This document shows, piece by piece, positions 12,063 to 22,836 of a DNA stretch of 64,000 bases; positions within the stretch are counted from its first letter, which is position 1; every line of letters starts with the position of its first letter. Position numbers and translations under genes: made by a program. The notes under the pieces were generated by a model that saw only the letters and a program-made list of their open reading frames with translations, was not told the DNA's origin and did no database searches. The stretch comes from an uncultured Acidobacteriota bacterium. Lineage in GTDB: Bacteria > Acidobacteriota > UBA6911. Location: contig CAWJKZ010000014.1 of NCBI GenBank assembly GCA_963843575.1, positions 704,001 to 768,000 on the forward strand. Reading direction: 5' to 3'.

Positions 12063-13307
12063 TCAGCCTTCGAACCGTCTCAACAGAAGGCATGCGTTGG
12101 TGCCGCCGAAACCGAAGCTGTTGGACAGAGCGTAACGGACGCGGGCCGGGCGGCAGACATTAGGGACGTAATCCAGGTCGCAGTCGGGGTCGGGCGCTTC
12201 CTGATTTATCGTCGGGTGCAGGACCTGGTCGCGGATACTCAGGGCCACGACGGCGGCTTCGACCGCGCCTGCGGCGCCCAGGAGGTGACCTATCATCGAC
12301 TTGGTGGAGCTGATGGCGAGTTTGCGGGCGTGTTTCCCGAAAACCGCCCGGATGGCCGCGGTCTCGGTACGGTCGTTCGGGGGCGTGGACGTGCCGTGCG
12401 CATTGATATAGTCGACCTCGTCCGGAGCGATACCTGCGTCCCGAAGGGTTAACCGCATGGCCCGGATGGCACCATCTCCGTCGGGAGGAGGCGCAGTGAT
12501 ATGGTGGGCATCCCCGGACATCCCGTAGCCGACGATCTCGGCATAGATATGGACTCCCCTCGCGCGTGCGCGTTCGAGTTCTTCGAGGATCACGATCCCG
12601 GCACCCTCGCCGAGGACAAAACCATCACGCTCGCGGTCGAATGGGCGGCTCGCGCGCTGCGGCTCGTCGTTTCGGGTGGAGAGGGCCTTGAGTGCGGAAA
12701 AACCACCCACCGCCATCGGTGTAATGGCGGCCTCGGTGCCTCCGGAGATCATGACGTCGGCGTCGCCGCGCTCGATGATCCTAAACGAGTCGCCGATCGC
12801 GTGGCTGCCGGCGGAACAGGCGGTGCATGGGGCAGAATTCGGGCCGCGGGCGCCGAACCGGATCGAGACCTGCCCTGCGGCCAGGTTCACGATGCTCGAT
12901 GGGATGAAAAACGGCGACACCCGCTTCGGACCCTGCCGCAGAAGCGTCTCGTGTTCGTTTTCGATGGTGCCGAATCCGCCGATGCCTGAGCCTATGATTA
13001 CACCGGTTCGCTCTCCTTCATACCCGTTCATGCCCCCCAGGCCCGCGTCCTTCATCGCCCATTCGGCGGCGGCGATCGCGAAGTGGATGAACGTGTCCAT
13101 CTTCTTGACGTCCTTGCGCTCGATATAGGCCGACGGATCGAAGTGTTTCACCTCGGCCGCGATCTGCGTGGGGAAGCGGCTCGCGTCAAAGTGGGTGATC
13201 GGCCCGACCCCGGAAGTCCCGTGCTGCAGGGATTGCCAGGTTTCTTCCGAACCGATTCCCAGGGCGGTGACAAGGCCAACGCCCGTGACGACGACACGCC
13301 GTTTCAC
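12063..13307 (-). CDS. fabF: 3-oxoacyl-ACP synthase II
   Basis: RRVVVTG, TACSAG, NAHGTST, KSMIGHLLGAAG, SNSFGFGGTN. Confidence 0.97.
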   Translation of the reverse strand: MKRRVVVTGVGLVTALGIGSEETWQSLQHGTSGVGPITHFDASRFPTQIAAEVKHFDPSAYIERKDVKKMDTFIHFAIAAAEWAMKDAGLGGMNGYEGERTGVIIGSGIGGFGTIENEHETLLRQGPKRVSPFFIPSSIVNLAAGQVSIRFGARGPNSAPCTACSAGSHAIGDSFRIIERGDADVMISGGTEAAITPMAVGGFSALKALSTRNDEPQRASRPFDRERDGFVLGEGAGIVILEELERARARGVHIYAEIVGYGMSGDAHHITAPPPDGDGAIRAMRLTLRDAGIAPDEVDYINAHGTSTPPNDRTETAAIRAVFGKHARKLAISSTKSMIGHLLGAAGAVEAAVVALSIRDQVLHPTINQEAPDPDCDLDYVPNVCRPARVRYALSNSFGFGGTNACLLLRRFEG

Positions 13308-13327
13308 GCGACGACCTCTTCTTTCAA

Positions 13328-13564
13328 TTAATGGACGTGGGTTTCGATGTATTCGATCGCGTTCTTGACGGTCTTGATCTTTTCGGCATCTTCGTCCGGG
13401 ATCTCAATACCGAAAGCCTCTTCGAACGCCATGACGAGCTCGATCGTGTCCAGCGAATCGGCGCCCAGATCATCGACGAAGGATGCGGCCGGCGTGACCT
13501 CGCCCTCGTTGACACCCAGCTGATCGACGATGATCGACTTTACTTTCTCTTCAACAGAGGCCAT
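13328..13564 (-). CDS. acpP: Acyl carrier protein
   Basis: [18 protein letters not shown]. Confidence 0.97.
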   Translation of the reverse strand: MASVEEKVKSIIVDQLGVNEGEVTPAASFVDDLGADSLDTIELVMAFEEAFGIEIPDEDAEKIKTVKNAIEYIETHVH

Positions 13565-13639
13565 TACCTTATCTCCTTATGTTTACACGCAGTCCAGACC
13601 GCAGAATCGTCGAAGAAAGGCTGACATTGTAGCATCCGT

Positions 13640-14568
13640 TCAGGCAGAAGCAAGCGCTTCGATGCCCCGAATCCCGTCGACGTTGAGCGCCCGCGCGTCG
13701 GGCGCGATTTTCCGGATCATCCCGGTGAGGACCTTGCCCGGCCCCACCTCGACAAAGCGTATCCACCCCGCAGGCGACCAGGTGCTGGATGGTCTCGACC
13801 CAGCGAACCGGGGAGCACACCTGCCGCACGAGGCAGTCGCGCGCCGAATGCCCGCTGGTCACCTCGGCAGCATCCACGTTGCAGATCACCGACACGACCG
13901 GATCGCGGAATTCGAGTTCCTGGAGGTCCGCCGCGAGCCGGTCGCGGGCCGGGGCCATCAGTTCACAGTGGAATGGGGCGCTCACGGCCAGCGGCAGCAC
14001 CCTCCTGGCGCCGAGCGCCCTGGCGTTGTCGGAGGCTTTTTGGACCGCCGCCGCCTCCCCGGCGATGACCGTCTGGTCGGGCGCGTTGAAGTTCGCCGAC
14101 GAGACTACGCCCGCCCCGCGCGCGTCCCGGCACGCAGCCGCCACGACACCGGGATCTATGCCCAGGATCGCGGCCATCGCCCCTTTGCCCGGCGGGAACG
14201 GCATCCTGCATGTACTGCCCCCGGTTGCGTACCACCCGCACGGCCTGGGAGAGCGAAAGCACGCCCGCGCAGACGAGCGCCGTGTACTCCCCCAGGCTGT
14301 GGCCCGCGACGTAGCTCGGGTGCATGCCGCGCATCTCCAGGACCCGCAATATGGCCACGCTGGCGGCGAGGATCGCGGGCTGGGTGTTGGGGGTGAGCCT
14401 CAGATCTTCGTCGGGCCCCTCGAAACAGAGGGTGCTGAGGGGGAACCCGAGCGTGAGGTCCGCCTCGACAAAGGCGTCGCGGGCGCAAGAGAACGCGTCG
14501 TGGATCTCTTTACCCATGCCGGCGTACTGAGAGCCCTGTCCCGGGAAGACGAAAGCTGTTTTCCCCAT
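13640..14568 (-). CDS. fabD: Malonyl-CoA:ACP transacylase (frameshifted)
   Basis: FPGQGSQ, GHSLGEY, LAVSAPFH, VEVGPGKVL across frames; TGA at 13640-13642. Confidence 0.93.
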
Positions 14569-14574
14569 TGTGCC

Positions 14575-15609
14575 TTAGATCGGCGCACTGCCTTTGGTGT
14601 AGCCGCCCAACTGGCTCAACTCGGCCTCGAGCTTCGCGTTCAACTGGTTCTCGGCGTATTCCTTGGCGACCCGGATGGCGTTCTTGATGGCGTTTCCGCT
14701 CGAACGCCCGTGGCAGATGATCGACACCGCCCGCAACCCGATCAGGGGGGCCCCACCGTACTCGGAATAATCCAGGCGCTTCTTGAGGCGCTTGAACGAT
14801 TGCTGGCTCAGAAGCGCCCCGAGCTTGGCCTGCAGGTTGCTGGACAACTCGTCTCTCAAGAGCTTGAGCACCGCCTCGATGAGCCCCTCGCTCGTCTTCA
14901 GGGCGACGTTGCCGGTGAAGCCGTCGCACACGATGACGTCGGCGCGGCCGTTATATATGTCGCGCCCTTCGACGTTGCCGATGAAGTTCAGGCGGATCTC
15001 TTTCAGGATCTTGTGGACTTCCTTGATGAGATCCGTCCCCTTGGATTCTTCCTCACCGACGGACATCAGGCCCACGCGGGGCGAGTCCACGCCGACGATC
15101 TTCTTGCTGAACAGGTGCCCCATGACGGCAAATTGGACGAGGTGATGAGGCTTGCAGGCTACGTTGGCGCCGACGTCAAGCAGGACGGCGTGGCCGCTCA
15201 GGGTCGGCAGGATGGCTGCCAGCGCCGGCCGATCTACTCCCGGGACAACCCCCATGACCATCTTCGATATGGCCATCACGGCGCCGGTGTTGCCGGCGCT
15301 GACCAACCCGGCCGCGCTCCCGTCGCGCACCAGTTCGGCTGCGACCCGCAGGGACGAGTCTTTCTTCTTGCGCAACGCCACCGTGGGCTGTTCGTCCATG
15401 GCGATCACCTGGGTGGCATTGCGGATCTCGATCGGCAGATCCGCCCCCCCCTTTTCCTTTAGGAGCGGGACGAGGGCAGACTCCTTGCCGACGAGGATGA
15501 CGTGAACTTTGAACGCCTGGGCTGCAGCTATGGCCCCCTCCACCTCGCTGAGTGGAGAGTTGTCGCTTCCCATTCCGTCTACGGCAATCTTGATCATGGG
15601 CTCAGGCAC
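14575..15609 (-). CDS. plsX: Phosphate acyltransferase PlsX
   Basis: IAVDGMGSD, SAGNTGA, LLDVGAN, VCDGFTGNVALK, GGAPLIG. Confidence 0.96.
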   Translation of the reverse strand: MPEPMIKIAVDGMGSDNSPLSEVEGAIAAAQAFKVHVILVGKESALVPLLKEKGGADLPIEIRNATQVIAMDEQPTVALRKKKDSSLRVAAELVRDGSAAGLVSAGNTGAVMAISKMVMGVVPGVDRPALAAILPTLSGHAVLLDVGANVACKPHHLVQFAVMGHLFSKKIVGVDSPRVGLMSVGEEESKGTDLIKEVHKILKEIRLNFIGNVEGRDIYNGRADVIVCDGFTGNVALKTSEGLIEAVLKLLRDELSSNLQAKLGALLSQQSFKRLKKRLDYSEYGGAPLIGLRAVSIICHGRSSGNAIKNAIRVAKEYAENQLNAKLEAELSQLGGYTKGSAPI

Positions 15610-15634
15610 GACCCGTCATGGAATAAGCCGGCGG

Positions 15635-15820
15635 TCAGATTTCTTCCTCGCCTACCATGACCTGGCGGCCCCGGTAGTAGCCGCATTTCGGACAGGCCTG
15701 GTGCGGGGGCTTGGGTTCCAGGCACTGGGGGCAGACCCCCGGTGTCACAGGCTGCAGAAAATCGTGCGCGCGCCGCTTGCCGCGACGCGACTTCGAGTGT
15801 CTCCGTTTAGGATTAGGCAT
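15635..15820 (-). CDS. rpmF: 50S ribosomal protein L32
   Basis: MPNPKRRHSKSR...CPQC..PH..CPKCGYYRGR; between yceD and plsX. Confidence 0.95.
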   Translation of the reverse strand: MPNPKRRHSKSRRGKRRAHDFLQPVTPGVCPQCLEPKPPHQACPKCGYYRGRQVMVGEEEI

Positions 15821-15890
15821 GAACGCTCGTTCTCCCGTTGAAAACGTTCCGCGCGCGGGCCGCTGCCGCAGTCCCGCCCGTTCCAACCAG

Positions 15891-16427
15891 TTATTTGTCG
15901 GTCTTCTTGAGAAACTCCCTCAGCACCGCGGGGCGCGCGTCGCCCTCGTCATGCTTGCAGGGACAGGGCCCCTGGTTCAGATCCGCGCCGCAACTATAGC
16001 AGAGCCCTTTGCAGTCCTCGGAGCAGACAAACCGCATCGGCAGCGAGAGCACGATCTGCTCGACGACCATGGTGTCAACGTCGAACCTGATGCCGTCGTA
16101 GAACCCGACCTCCAGGTCGGCATCCCTTAACTCGATCTCCTCTCCCGTGCGGTCCGGTTTTGGCTGCGGGAGATAAACCAAGTCGAAGCTGGCCGTCACG
16201 TGGCGGGTCGACTGCTTCAAACAACGGGAACAGCCAACACGGAGTCCCGTTTCCACGGTGCCGCCGATGCGCAGGTCCCGTTCCCTGTGACTCAGGAGGA
16301 AATCGGTGGTGACTGGCTCCTCTATGACGGCACCCGGGTACTCAAACGGAAGCTCCCCGGCCGCATACGTGTGGTGTACGCGCAGAGGTTCCGGTTTGAG
16401 GGCTTCAATTTCTATGAACACTGCCAA
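15891..16427 (-). CDS. yceD: YceD/DUF177 family protein (start approximate)
   Basis: CSRCL, LSLPMRFVCSEDCKGLC..CG.DLN.GPC.C; upstream of rpmF. Confidence 0.9.
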   Translation of the reverse strand: MAVFIEIEALKPEPLRVHHTYAAGELPFEYPGAVIEEPVTTDFLLSHRERDLRIGGTVETGLRVGCSRCLKQSTRHVTASFDLVYLPQPKPDRTGEEIELRDADLEVGFYDGIRFDVDTMVVEQIVLSLPMRFVCSEDCKGLCYSCGADLNQGPCPCKHDEGDARPAVLREFLKKTDK

Positions 16428-16572
16428 ATGCTCCAGTTTCGAGCGCTGGTGAAAATTACACTGCACCATTTCCTTTGTCAAGGAACAATGTCCCGGTTTT
16501 ACAATCACTTACAGCCGCAGAGATATTGGCCGTTTCGATTGCTCCGGAAGTTTCCTTGCGGGTGGGCAGCGC

Positions 16573-17343
16573 CTATGGGCGGACGGTCCCCGTCTTGGCG
16601 CCGGGATTGGCCTCGAGGCGCGTCAGCTCCTGTGCCACCATCGACTGGAGCATGCTTCGGCCGGCATCGTCCCGCGCCTCGCGCAGGAGCTTGAGGGCCT
16701 CGTCGCGCTTCCCCTGGCCGACCAGGGCGCGGGACAGCTCCAGCTTCAGGTCTTCGCGCGGCAGCTCGCACTGCGGGTCCTTGACCATGCCTTCGAGCAA
16801 TGCCTGCGCGCCCTTGTAATTGCCCGATTCCACGTACGTCCGGGCGAGGACCTTCCTGGCGAGGTAGGCGACGGTGCGGTCCTTGGAGTTGTTGCTGACC
16901 GACTCGAGGGACCGGATCGCCTCGTCCTTCTTGTTCAGCCGCAACTGACTCATTCCAAGGTAATACCGGGCTATGACGGCCAGCTTCGACGAGCCGTACT
17001 TGGAGACTATGGACGACAACTCCTTGGAGGCGGCTTCGTATTTGGCAGCTTCGGTCCGGAAGATCGGATCGGGGGTCTTGCCGTAGGGGTCGTCCAGGGC
17101 GGTCGGGTCGATCCGGCCGTTATAGAATTCGATGGCGCGGCCAAGTTGCTGCTGGGCCTGCAGGTCGCGGGTTTCCAGGTAATTGAGCCCGAAGTAGATG
17201 CCAAGCGCGATCACAACCACTCCGGCCAGCGCGATCGCGATAAGCTTGCCGTTGCTGCGGAATGCTTCCAAGAATCGGATTATGCCTTCGTGTATCGGGT
17301 CTTCGGCAAGAATCTCCTTGCGGGTCAGCTTGGTAGTGCTCAC
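16573..17343 (-). CDS. Membrane-anchored TPR protein (YfgM-like)
   Basis: Short basic N-terminus, one TM helix, TPR-like helices (ARYYLG, YLARKVLA). Confidence 0.7.
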   Translation of the reverse strand: MSTTKLTRKEILAEDPIHEGIIRFLEAFRSNGKLIAIALAGVVVIALGIYFGLNYLETRDLQAQQQLGRAIEFYNGRIDPTALDDPYGKTPDPIFRTEAAKYEAASKELSSIVSKYGSSKLAVIARYYLGMSQLRLNKKDEAIRSLESVSNNSKDRTVAYLARKVLARTYVESGNYKGAQALLEGMVKDPQCELPREDLKLELSRALVGQGKRDEALKLLREARDDAGRSMLQSMVAQELTRLEANPGAKTGTVRP

Positions 17344-17447
17344 GATAGAGTCCCTCTCAGCTCGTTGGAGCTGTAAAAGATACCACACGTCGAGCGACGG
17401 CATCAAGCATTCGGAAACACGTCGCGCGCCGGTTCTCACCACACTCA

Positions 17448-17685
17448 GGGTTCGCGCAAGAATAAGTCCACATTTTGGCGCGAGCGCCGGGCGGGAAGAG
17501 GAAGGCGCGCGACGCAGGGGATGTGGTGACATCGTCAAGGAGCGGCAACGCCGCAGATGCCCGCCCGCCGCCACGGCCCGGAGGGCTGACGGCTCCGTCG
17601 ATAGCAGTCTCCTATCTTTGGTTGCCCCATGATCTGTTGGCTCGGAAGTCGTCAGCAAAATGTGGAATTATTCTTGCGCGAGCCC
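17448..17685. mobile_element. MITE copy 1 (~238 bp)
   Basis: ~30-bp imperfect terminal inverted repeats GGGTTCGCGCAAGAATAAGTCCACATTTTG / CAAAATGTGGAATTATTCTTGCGCGAGCCC; homologous to 27464-27703; flanked by TCA and TTA. Confidence 0.85.
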
Positions 17686-18333
17686 TTAGACCCCCGCGGA
17701 CTGGCCGGTTCCTTCGTAGATGAAGAGGTATTCCTGGACGCCGTGCCTGAGCAGGAACGAACTGGAGACCTTGAACCCCGACATCAGCCGGTTGATGTCG
17801 CGCGGCTGATATCGGGGGCAAGGCGTCGTCTCGGCGGTGCGGGAGCCGTAGACCATGGACTCATTATCGACGATCTTGTAGATATTGGGCTCGGAGGGAA
17901 TCTGCTGGAGCACGGAAACGAGCGCAAACACATATGTTCCCACCCGGCAGAAACGCTCCAGGTGCTTGACGAGTTCCTCGAGGTGCTTCTGCGGGAGATA
18001 GTTAAACAGATCCCAGGCCAGGATCACGTCGAAGCGCGTACCGGGGTCGTATGGGAGGAGCTCGGGAAACGGGGACGGGGCGTTCTCTTCGGCGGGCGCA
18101 CTCAATATAGGGCGCAGGCTGTTGTACAGGGCTTCGACATAGATCTTGCCGCCGAACCGGGACCAGAACTCGATGTTGGTCCCGGACGCCGGGCCGAGGT
18201 CAAGGATCGAAAACCCCACGCGTCCCTCGAGCTGCTGCAGCAGTGCGCTCAGCCCGAGGGACTTGTGGGTGACAGGTTCAGGCGTGGCCGGGACCACGGG
18301 CGTCCTTGACAACGGTGTTTTGGACATAAGCAC
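17686..18333 (-). CDS. SAM-dependent methyltransferase-like protein
   Basis: ILDLGP and FDVILAWDLFNYL motifs. Confidence 0.65.
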   Translation of the reverse strand: MLMSKTPLSRTPVVPATPEPVTHKSLGLSALLQQLEGRVGFSILDLGPASGTNIEFWSRFGGKIYVEALYNSLRPILSAPAEENAPSPFPELLPYDPGTRFDVILAWDLFNYLPQKHLEELVKHLERFCRVGTYVFALVSVLQQIPSEPNIYKIVDNESMVYGSRTAETTPCPRYQPRDINRLMSGFKVSSSFLLRHGVQEYLFIYEGTGQSAGV

Positions 18334-18341
18334 TCGAGGCG

Positions 18342-18887
18342 TTACGGCTTTCCGGGCACCTTTACGGCCCCGGCCCCCGCCGGTTCACTGCTGGTGCGTA
18401 CCTCGCCGGGGCGGTTGCTTCTCTCGGGCTCGGGGGTGCGCCCGGCCTCTTTCGGGGTCATGTCGATGCTGCCCTTGAAGTTGGACCCGTCTTCGAGGCT
18501 CACCCTGGGCGCGATGATGTTCCCGCGTACGGTGCTGGTCTGTCTGAGGAGCAGTTGTTCCTCACCGTAGAGGTTGCCCTGGACTTCCCCCTCTATGGTG
18601 ATGGTCCGGCCGTAGATGTCCGCCTTTACTTTGCCGTTCTTTCCTACGGTCACGTTGTGCTGCCGCAGCTCGATCTTCCCCTCGACCCGGCCTTCGATCA
18701 GCAGGTCCTCCTGCCCGCTCAAATCTCCCTTGATGTATATGGTGGCTCCAATCATGGCTCGCTCCTTATGCTGTGGCGCGCTCGGGCGCGGTTGAGTGAC
18801 GGGCTGGGGTTGAGGTGGCGGCTGGTGTTGAGGCTGATACGGCGGCTGCGGGTCGTCGGGTTCTGATTTCTTCCACATCGCGGACAC
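18342..18887 (-). CDS. Bactofilin (polymer-forming cytoskeletal protein)
   Basis: IKGDLSGQEDLLIEGRVEGKI...VRGNIIAPRVSLEDGSNFKGSIDM. Confidence 0.92.
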   Translation of the reverse strand: MSAMWKKSEPDDPQPPYQPQHQPPPQPQPVTQPRPSAPQHKERAMIGATIYIKGDLSGQEDLLIEGRVEGKIELRQHNVTVGKNGKVKADIYGRTITIEGEVQGNLYGEEQLLLRQTSTVRGNIIAPRVSLEDGSNFKGSIDMTPKEAGRTPEPERSNRPGEVRTSSEPAGAGAVKVPGKP

Positions 18888-19166
18888 TCCTTGGATGGAT
18901 TATTGGAACGAGTGTATCTAATCCGGCCGCAAAGTCAAAGTCAAGTGACCCCAGCCACAGAAACCTCTTATTTGACGGCGACCGGGCGGCTTCGGCACCG
19001 ATAGATGGGAATTTCCCACGAACGCGCGGTTCCGCCGCGGTACAATCGGCGCGGTGATCAGCGCGATTCGGCTGCGCCGCTGAAGTCCCGACGGGGGGCT
19101 CTCCGGTGTTTTGGCGAAATAAATCCCAGCCGGGAGAGACTTCAGTGGAGGGGCACCGCAAATAAC

Positions 19167-20999
19167 GTGTTGCAGGAAATAAAGGACGCTCTACAAAAAT
19201 ATTGGGGATTTGACGAATTCCTGCCTCTGCAGGAGCAGGCGATGGAATGCGTGTGCGCGCGCCGAGACTCGATCGTCGTCCTGCCGACCGGCGGCGGAAA
19301 GTCGCTCTGCTTTCAGGCGCCCGCCCTCGTGCTGCCCGCCCTGACGCTGGTCGTTTCTCCCCTGCTCTCTCTCATGAAAGACCAGGTCGACGGCCTGCTG
19401 GAGTGCGGCATCGTAGCCGCCCGCCTCGACAGCACGATGACCCTCGCGGAAAGGAAGGACACGTTCGAACGGTTGAGGGAACGCCGCTTGAGGCTGCTCT
19501 ACGTGTCGCCGGAGCGTCTCGTCACAAACGGATTCCTGCAGACGGTCAAGGCTGCGGGGGTGTCATCGGTGGCCGTCGACGAAGCCCACTGCGTGAGCAT
19601 GTGGGGCCACGATTTCCGACCGGAGTACCGTCAACTGAAAGTGCTCAGGGAGGCGCTCCCGGGCGTGCCGATAGGCGCCTACACGGCCACGGCCACCGAG
19701 CAGGTGCGCCGCGACATCCGGGAACAGCTGAACCTGGACGATCCGGCCGTGCTGGTGGGGAGGTTCGACCGCCCCAACCTGATCTATCGCGTGCGCCGGC
19801 GCACCAACATCCAGAAACAGGTGTCGGCCATCCTGGAGAGCCACGTCGGAGCGTCGGGCATCGTGTACTGCATCCGGCGGGCCGACGTCGACGGCATGTG
19901 CCGGCATCTGGCCGCGCGCGGCTTCAAGGTCGCCCCCTACCACGCGGGGATGACGGACGCCGACCGGAAGCGCAGCCAGGAGGCCTTCATCCGCGAGGAG
20001 GTCGACACGATCGTGGCGACGATCGCCTTTGGGATGGGTATCGACAAGTCCAACGTCCGGTATGTGGTGCACGCCGGCATGCCCAAGTCCCTCGAACACT
20101 ATCAGCAGGAGAGCGGGCGAGCGGGGCGCGACGGTCTCGAGGCGGGGTGCTTTCTATTCTACTCCGGTGCGGACTACGTCACCTGGAAGGGGATCGTCGA
20201 GGAAACCGAACAACAGGTGTCCGAGGTCGCACTGGCCAAGCTCGGCCAGATGTATCGCTACTGCGCCGGGGTATCGTGCCGCCACCGCGCGCTCGTGAGC
20301 TATTTCGGACAAGAACTCGATCACAGCAACTGCCGCGCCTGCGACGTGTGCCTGGGGGAAATCGAAACCGTCGGGGACGCCACTGTCGTCGCGCAGAAGA
20401 TCCTCTCCAGCATTCTCCGCCAGGGAGAACGGTTTGGAGCCGATTACACGGCGGCCGTCGTCACCGGGTCCAAGGAAGATCGCGTTGTCTCCAACGGGCA
20501 CGACCGGCTGAGCACCTACGGCATTCTCGCGGAACACAGCCGTTCCACGGTGCGAGACTGGATCGAGCAGCTGGTAGAACAGGGGGGCGCCGCGCGCGTC
20601 GGGGAATACGCCATCCTCAAGATAACCGACAAAGGGCGGAGCATGCTGAAAGGGCAGTTGCAGCCGCTCCTTCTCGAACCCGCCAGGAAGAAAGAGCCGG
20701 CCAAGCCGCGCGCGGTCGGCGATTCGTGGGAAGGAGTCGACGAGGGGCTCTTCGACGAACTGCGGAAGCTCAGGCGAAGCCTGGCCGCGAAACGTGCTCT
20801 GCCAGCCTATCTGATCTTTGGCGACGCCGCGCTGCGCGACATGGCCCGGCGGCGGCCGTCGACGCCCGCCGCCTTTCTCCAGGTGAGCGGCGTCGGGGAT
20901 GCGAAGCTCGCGCAGTACGGGGACGCTATGCTCGAGGCCATCCGGCACTACTGCCGCGCCCATGATCTCGAGACCGACCCGCCGGTTTCCAGGAACTGA
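19167..20999 (+). CDS. recQ: ATP-dependent DNA helicase RecQ
   Basis: PTGGGKSLCFQ, DEAHC, WGHDFRPEY, QESGRAGRDG, RQC and HRDC domains. Confidence 0.96.
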   Translation: MLQEIKDALQKYWGFDEFLPLQEQAMECVCARRDSIVVLPTGGGKSLCFQAPALVLPALTLVVSPLLSLMKDQVDGLLECGIVAARLDSTMTLAERKDTFERLRERRLRLLYVSPERLVTNGFLQTVKAAGVSSVAVDEAHCVSMWGHDFRPEYRQLKVLREALPGVPIGAYTATATEQVRRDIREQLNLDDPAVLVGRFDRPNLIYRVRRRTNIQKQVSAILESHVGASGIVYCIRRADVDGMCRHLAARGFKVAPYHAGMTDADRKRSQEAFIREEVDTIVATIAFGMGIDKSNVRYVVHAGMPKSLEHYQQESGRAGRDGLEAGCFLFYSGADYVTWKGIVEETEQQVSEVALAKLGQMYRYCAGVSCRHRALVSYFGQELDHSNCRACDVCLGEIETVGDATVVAQKILSSILRQGERFGADYTAAVVTGSKEDRVVSNGHDRLSTYGILAEHSRSTVRDWIEQLVEQGGAARVGEYAILKITDKGRSMLKGQLQPLLLEPARKKEPAKPRAVGDSWEGVDEGLFDELRKLRRSLAAKRALPAYLIFGDAALRDMARRRPSTPAAFLQVSGVGDAKLAQYGDAMLEAIRHYCRAHDLETDPPVSRN

Positions 21000-21118
21000 G
21001 CCGCCTCCCCCCGGCGCCCTCGTGCGCCGGGCCAGGTGCAGGCCGGTTTTATCTGGCATACTTCGCCCGCCGATGGTATCTCAAAGGGGATACCACAACC
21101 TCCGGCAACGAAGGCTTT

Positions 21119-21501
21119 ATGAAGATCAAACTGAGCAGTGTGATCGTGGAAGACCAGGGAAAGGCCCTCAGGTTTTATACCGAGGTTCTGGGGTTCATCA
21201 AGAAAACCGACCTCCCCGCGGGGATTTCAGGTGGTTGACGGTCGCCTCCCCCGAAGCCCCGGACAGTGTCGAGCTGCTTCTCGAACCCAACGATAATCCC
21301 GCCGCCCGGACCTTCCAGAAGGCACTATTCGAGCAGCGGATCCCTTTGAACGCCTTTGCCGTGGACGACATTCACGCGGAATATGAGAGGCTGAAGGGAC
21401 GGGGCGTCGCGTTTTCCACCGAGCCGACCAGGATGGGTGAAGTCACCGTCGCGGTCTTCAACGACACGTGCGGCAATCTCATCCAGCTGTATCAGGCGTG
21501 A
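21119..21501 (+). CDS. VOC/glyoxalase family protein (frameshifted)
   Basis: MKIKLSSVIVEDQ.KALRFY, FAVDDIHAEYERL, FNDTCGNLIQL. Confidence 0.85.
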
Positions 21502-21623
21502 TCGTTGGGCACGGCGACGGTGTCCCGTCCGCGGCGCCGCGCAGCCGCATCTAACAATGCGAACCGTGCAACGCCCGCTTCCGCGAGGCCGAACAGCACT
21601 TATTTCGAAAAAGGAGTTGCCAA

Positions 21624-21824
21624 ATGCCCCTGTTCGAGTATCGTTGCGCCGAGTGTGGCGCCGAATTTGAGAAGCTCGTACGCAATCCCGGTGCCGGCGC
21701 GGAAATCACCTGTCCCGTCTGCAGCAGCCGCAAGCTGGATCAAATGCTCTCCACTTTCGCGTCGCGCACGGGGAATGCGGGCTTCGGTTCACGGTCGGCG
21801 GGGTGCAAGCCCGCCGGGGGCTGA
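21624..21824 (+). CDS. FmdB family zinc-ribbon protein
   Basis: MPLFEYRCAECG.EFE...CPVCSS. Confidence 0.85.
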   Translation: MPLFEYRCAECGAEFEKLVRNPGAGAEITCPVCSSRKLDQMLSTFASRTGNAGFGSRSAGCKPAGG

Positions 21825-21911
21825 GGCTGGAAGTGACCAGGGCGGCGGTCAGCCGCCCACCTTCTGTTATTCACTGTTATTCAGCACGCTATAGCAGAGC
21901 TCGAGGGCATA

Positions 21912-22325
21912 ATGATGGAGATGATAATCGACTTTCCCGGTGGAGCCCGGGTCGACGCGCACCTTCGCGGGTTGACCGTATCCACCGACCAGCCTTCCTC
22001 CGCCGGAGGACAGGATTCTGCCCCCACCCCGTACGAAACATTCCTGGCGGCACTGGGAACCTGCGCGGGGATCTATGTGCTCGGTTTCTGCCGGCAGCGC
22101 GGTCTGGCGACCGACGGTATCCGGCTGGTGCAGCGGGTAGACATCGATCCGGCGACGGCGCTGGCAGGTACGGTAAACCTTGAAATTCAACTGCCGCCGG
22201 ACTTCCCGCAGCAATACAAGCCGGCGGTGATCCGGGCAGCTGCGCAGTGCAAGGTCAAGAAACAATTCGAACACCCGCCGAAAGTGGAAGTCACGACGTC
22301 CGTCATTGAGCCGGCTTCCGCCTGA
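21912..22325 (+). CDS. OsmC family protein
   Basis: TDQP..GG.DSAPTPYE.FLAALGTCAG...AAQCKVK. Confidence 0.85.
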   Translation: MMEMIIDFPGGARVDAHLRGLTVSTDQPSSAGGQDSAPTPYETFLAALGTCAGIYVLGFCRQRGLATDGIRLVQRVDIDPATALAGTVNLEIQLPPDFPQQYKPAVIRAAAQCKVKKQFEHPPKVEVTTSVIEPASA

Positions 22326-22347
22326 GCGGGAGGGAGGAGTGCGGCAA

Positions 22348-22448
22348 CGCGAGCGCCGGGCGGGCAGATGCAAGGCGCCGCGACGCAGGCGATGTGGGGA
22401 CGTCGTCGAGGAGCGGCAACGCCGCAGATGCCCGCCGCCGCCGCGCCC
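22348..22448. repeat. Internal core of the MITE, without terminal repeats
   Basis: CGCGAGCGCCGGGCGGGCAGATGCAAGG...GAGGAGCGGCAACGCCGCAGATGCCCG matches the interior of both MITE copies. Confidence 0.8.
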
Positions 22449-22836
22449 CTCCGGCCTGCGGCCCGCAGGTCCGCCGACTGCGTTGCTCGATCCTCACCTA
22501 CCCCCCCGGGTATGCTCGTCGCCCGCGCCTTGTCAGCGGGCCTGGGGGCCTGCAGCAAAGTGGACCTGTCGTTCTGTGACAGACCCTTGGTGGCCAGTTT
22601 CATGAATACGGCGACATGTTTTTTTGCGCGCGTTGACGCAGACCAAGGACAACGTCGATTACCGCCGCGTTCATCCGTGTCCCGAAAAACACATCACCTC
22701 GATTATGAAATCGAGCACATAGCAGCGGAGGCGGCATCGAGCCAATCGAGCCGCCGCACTCCAGATTTCGTGTCCCAGCGCGTGCAGGCGCGTCCTCTGA
22801 GGGCCTTCGCGACTCGACAAGAGCCCTGTTCCCCGA

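Noticed and set aside
21545-21620. attC-like start (ATCTAACAA) after the VOC gene; similar GCATAAC on the minus strand near 41380
   Set aside because: No matching GTTRRRY core or extended palindrome, and no integron integrase.
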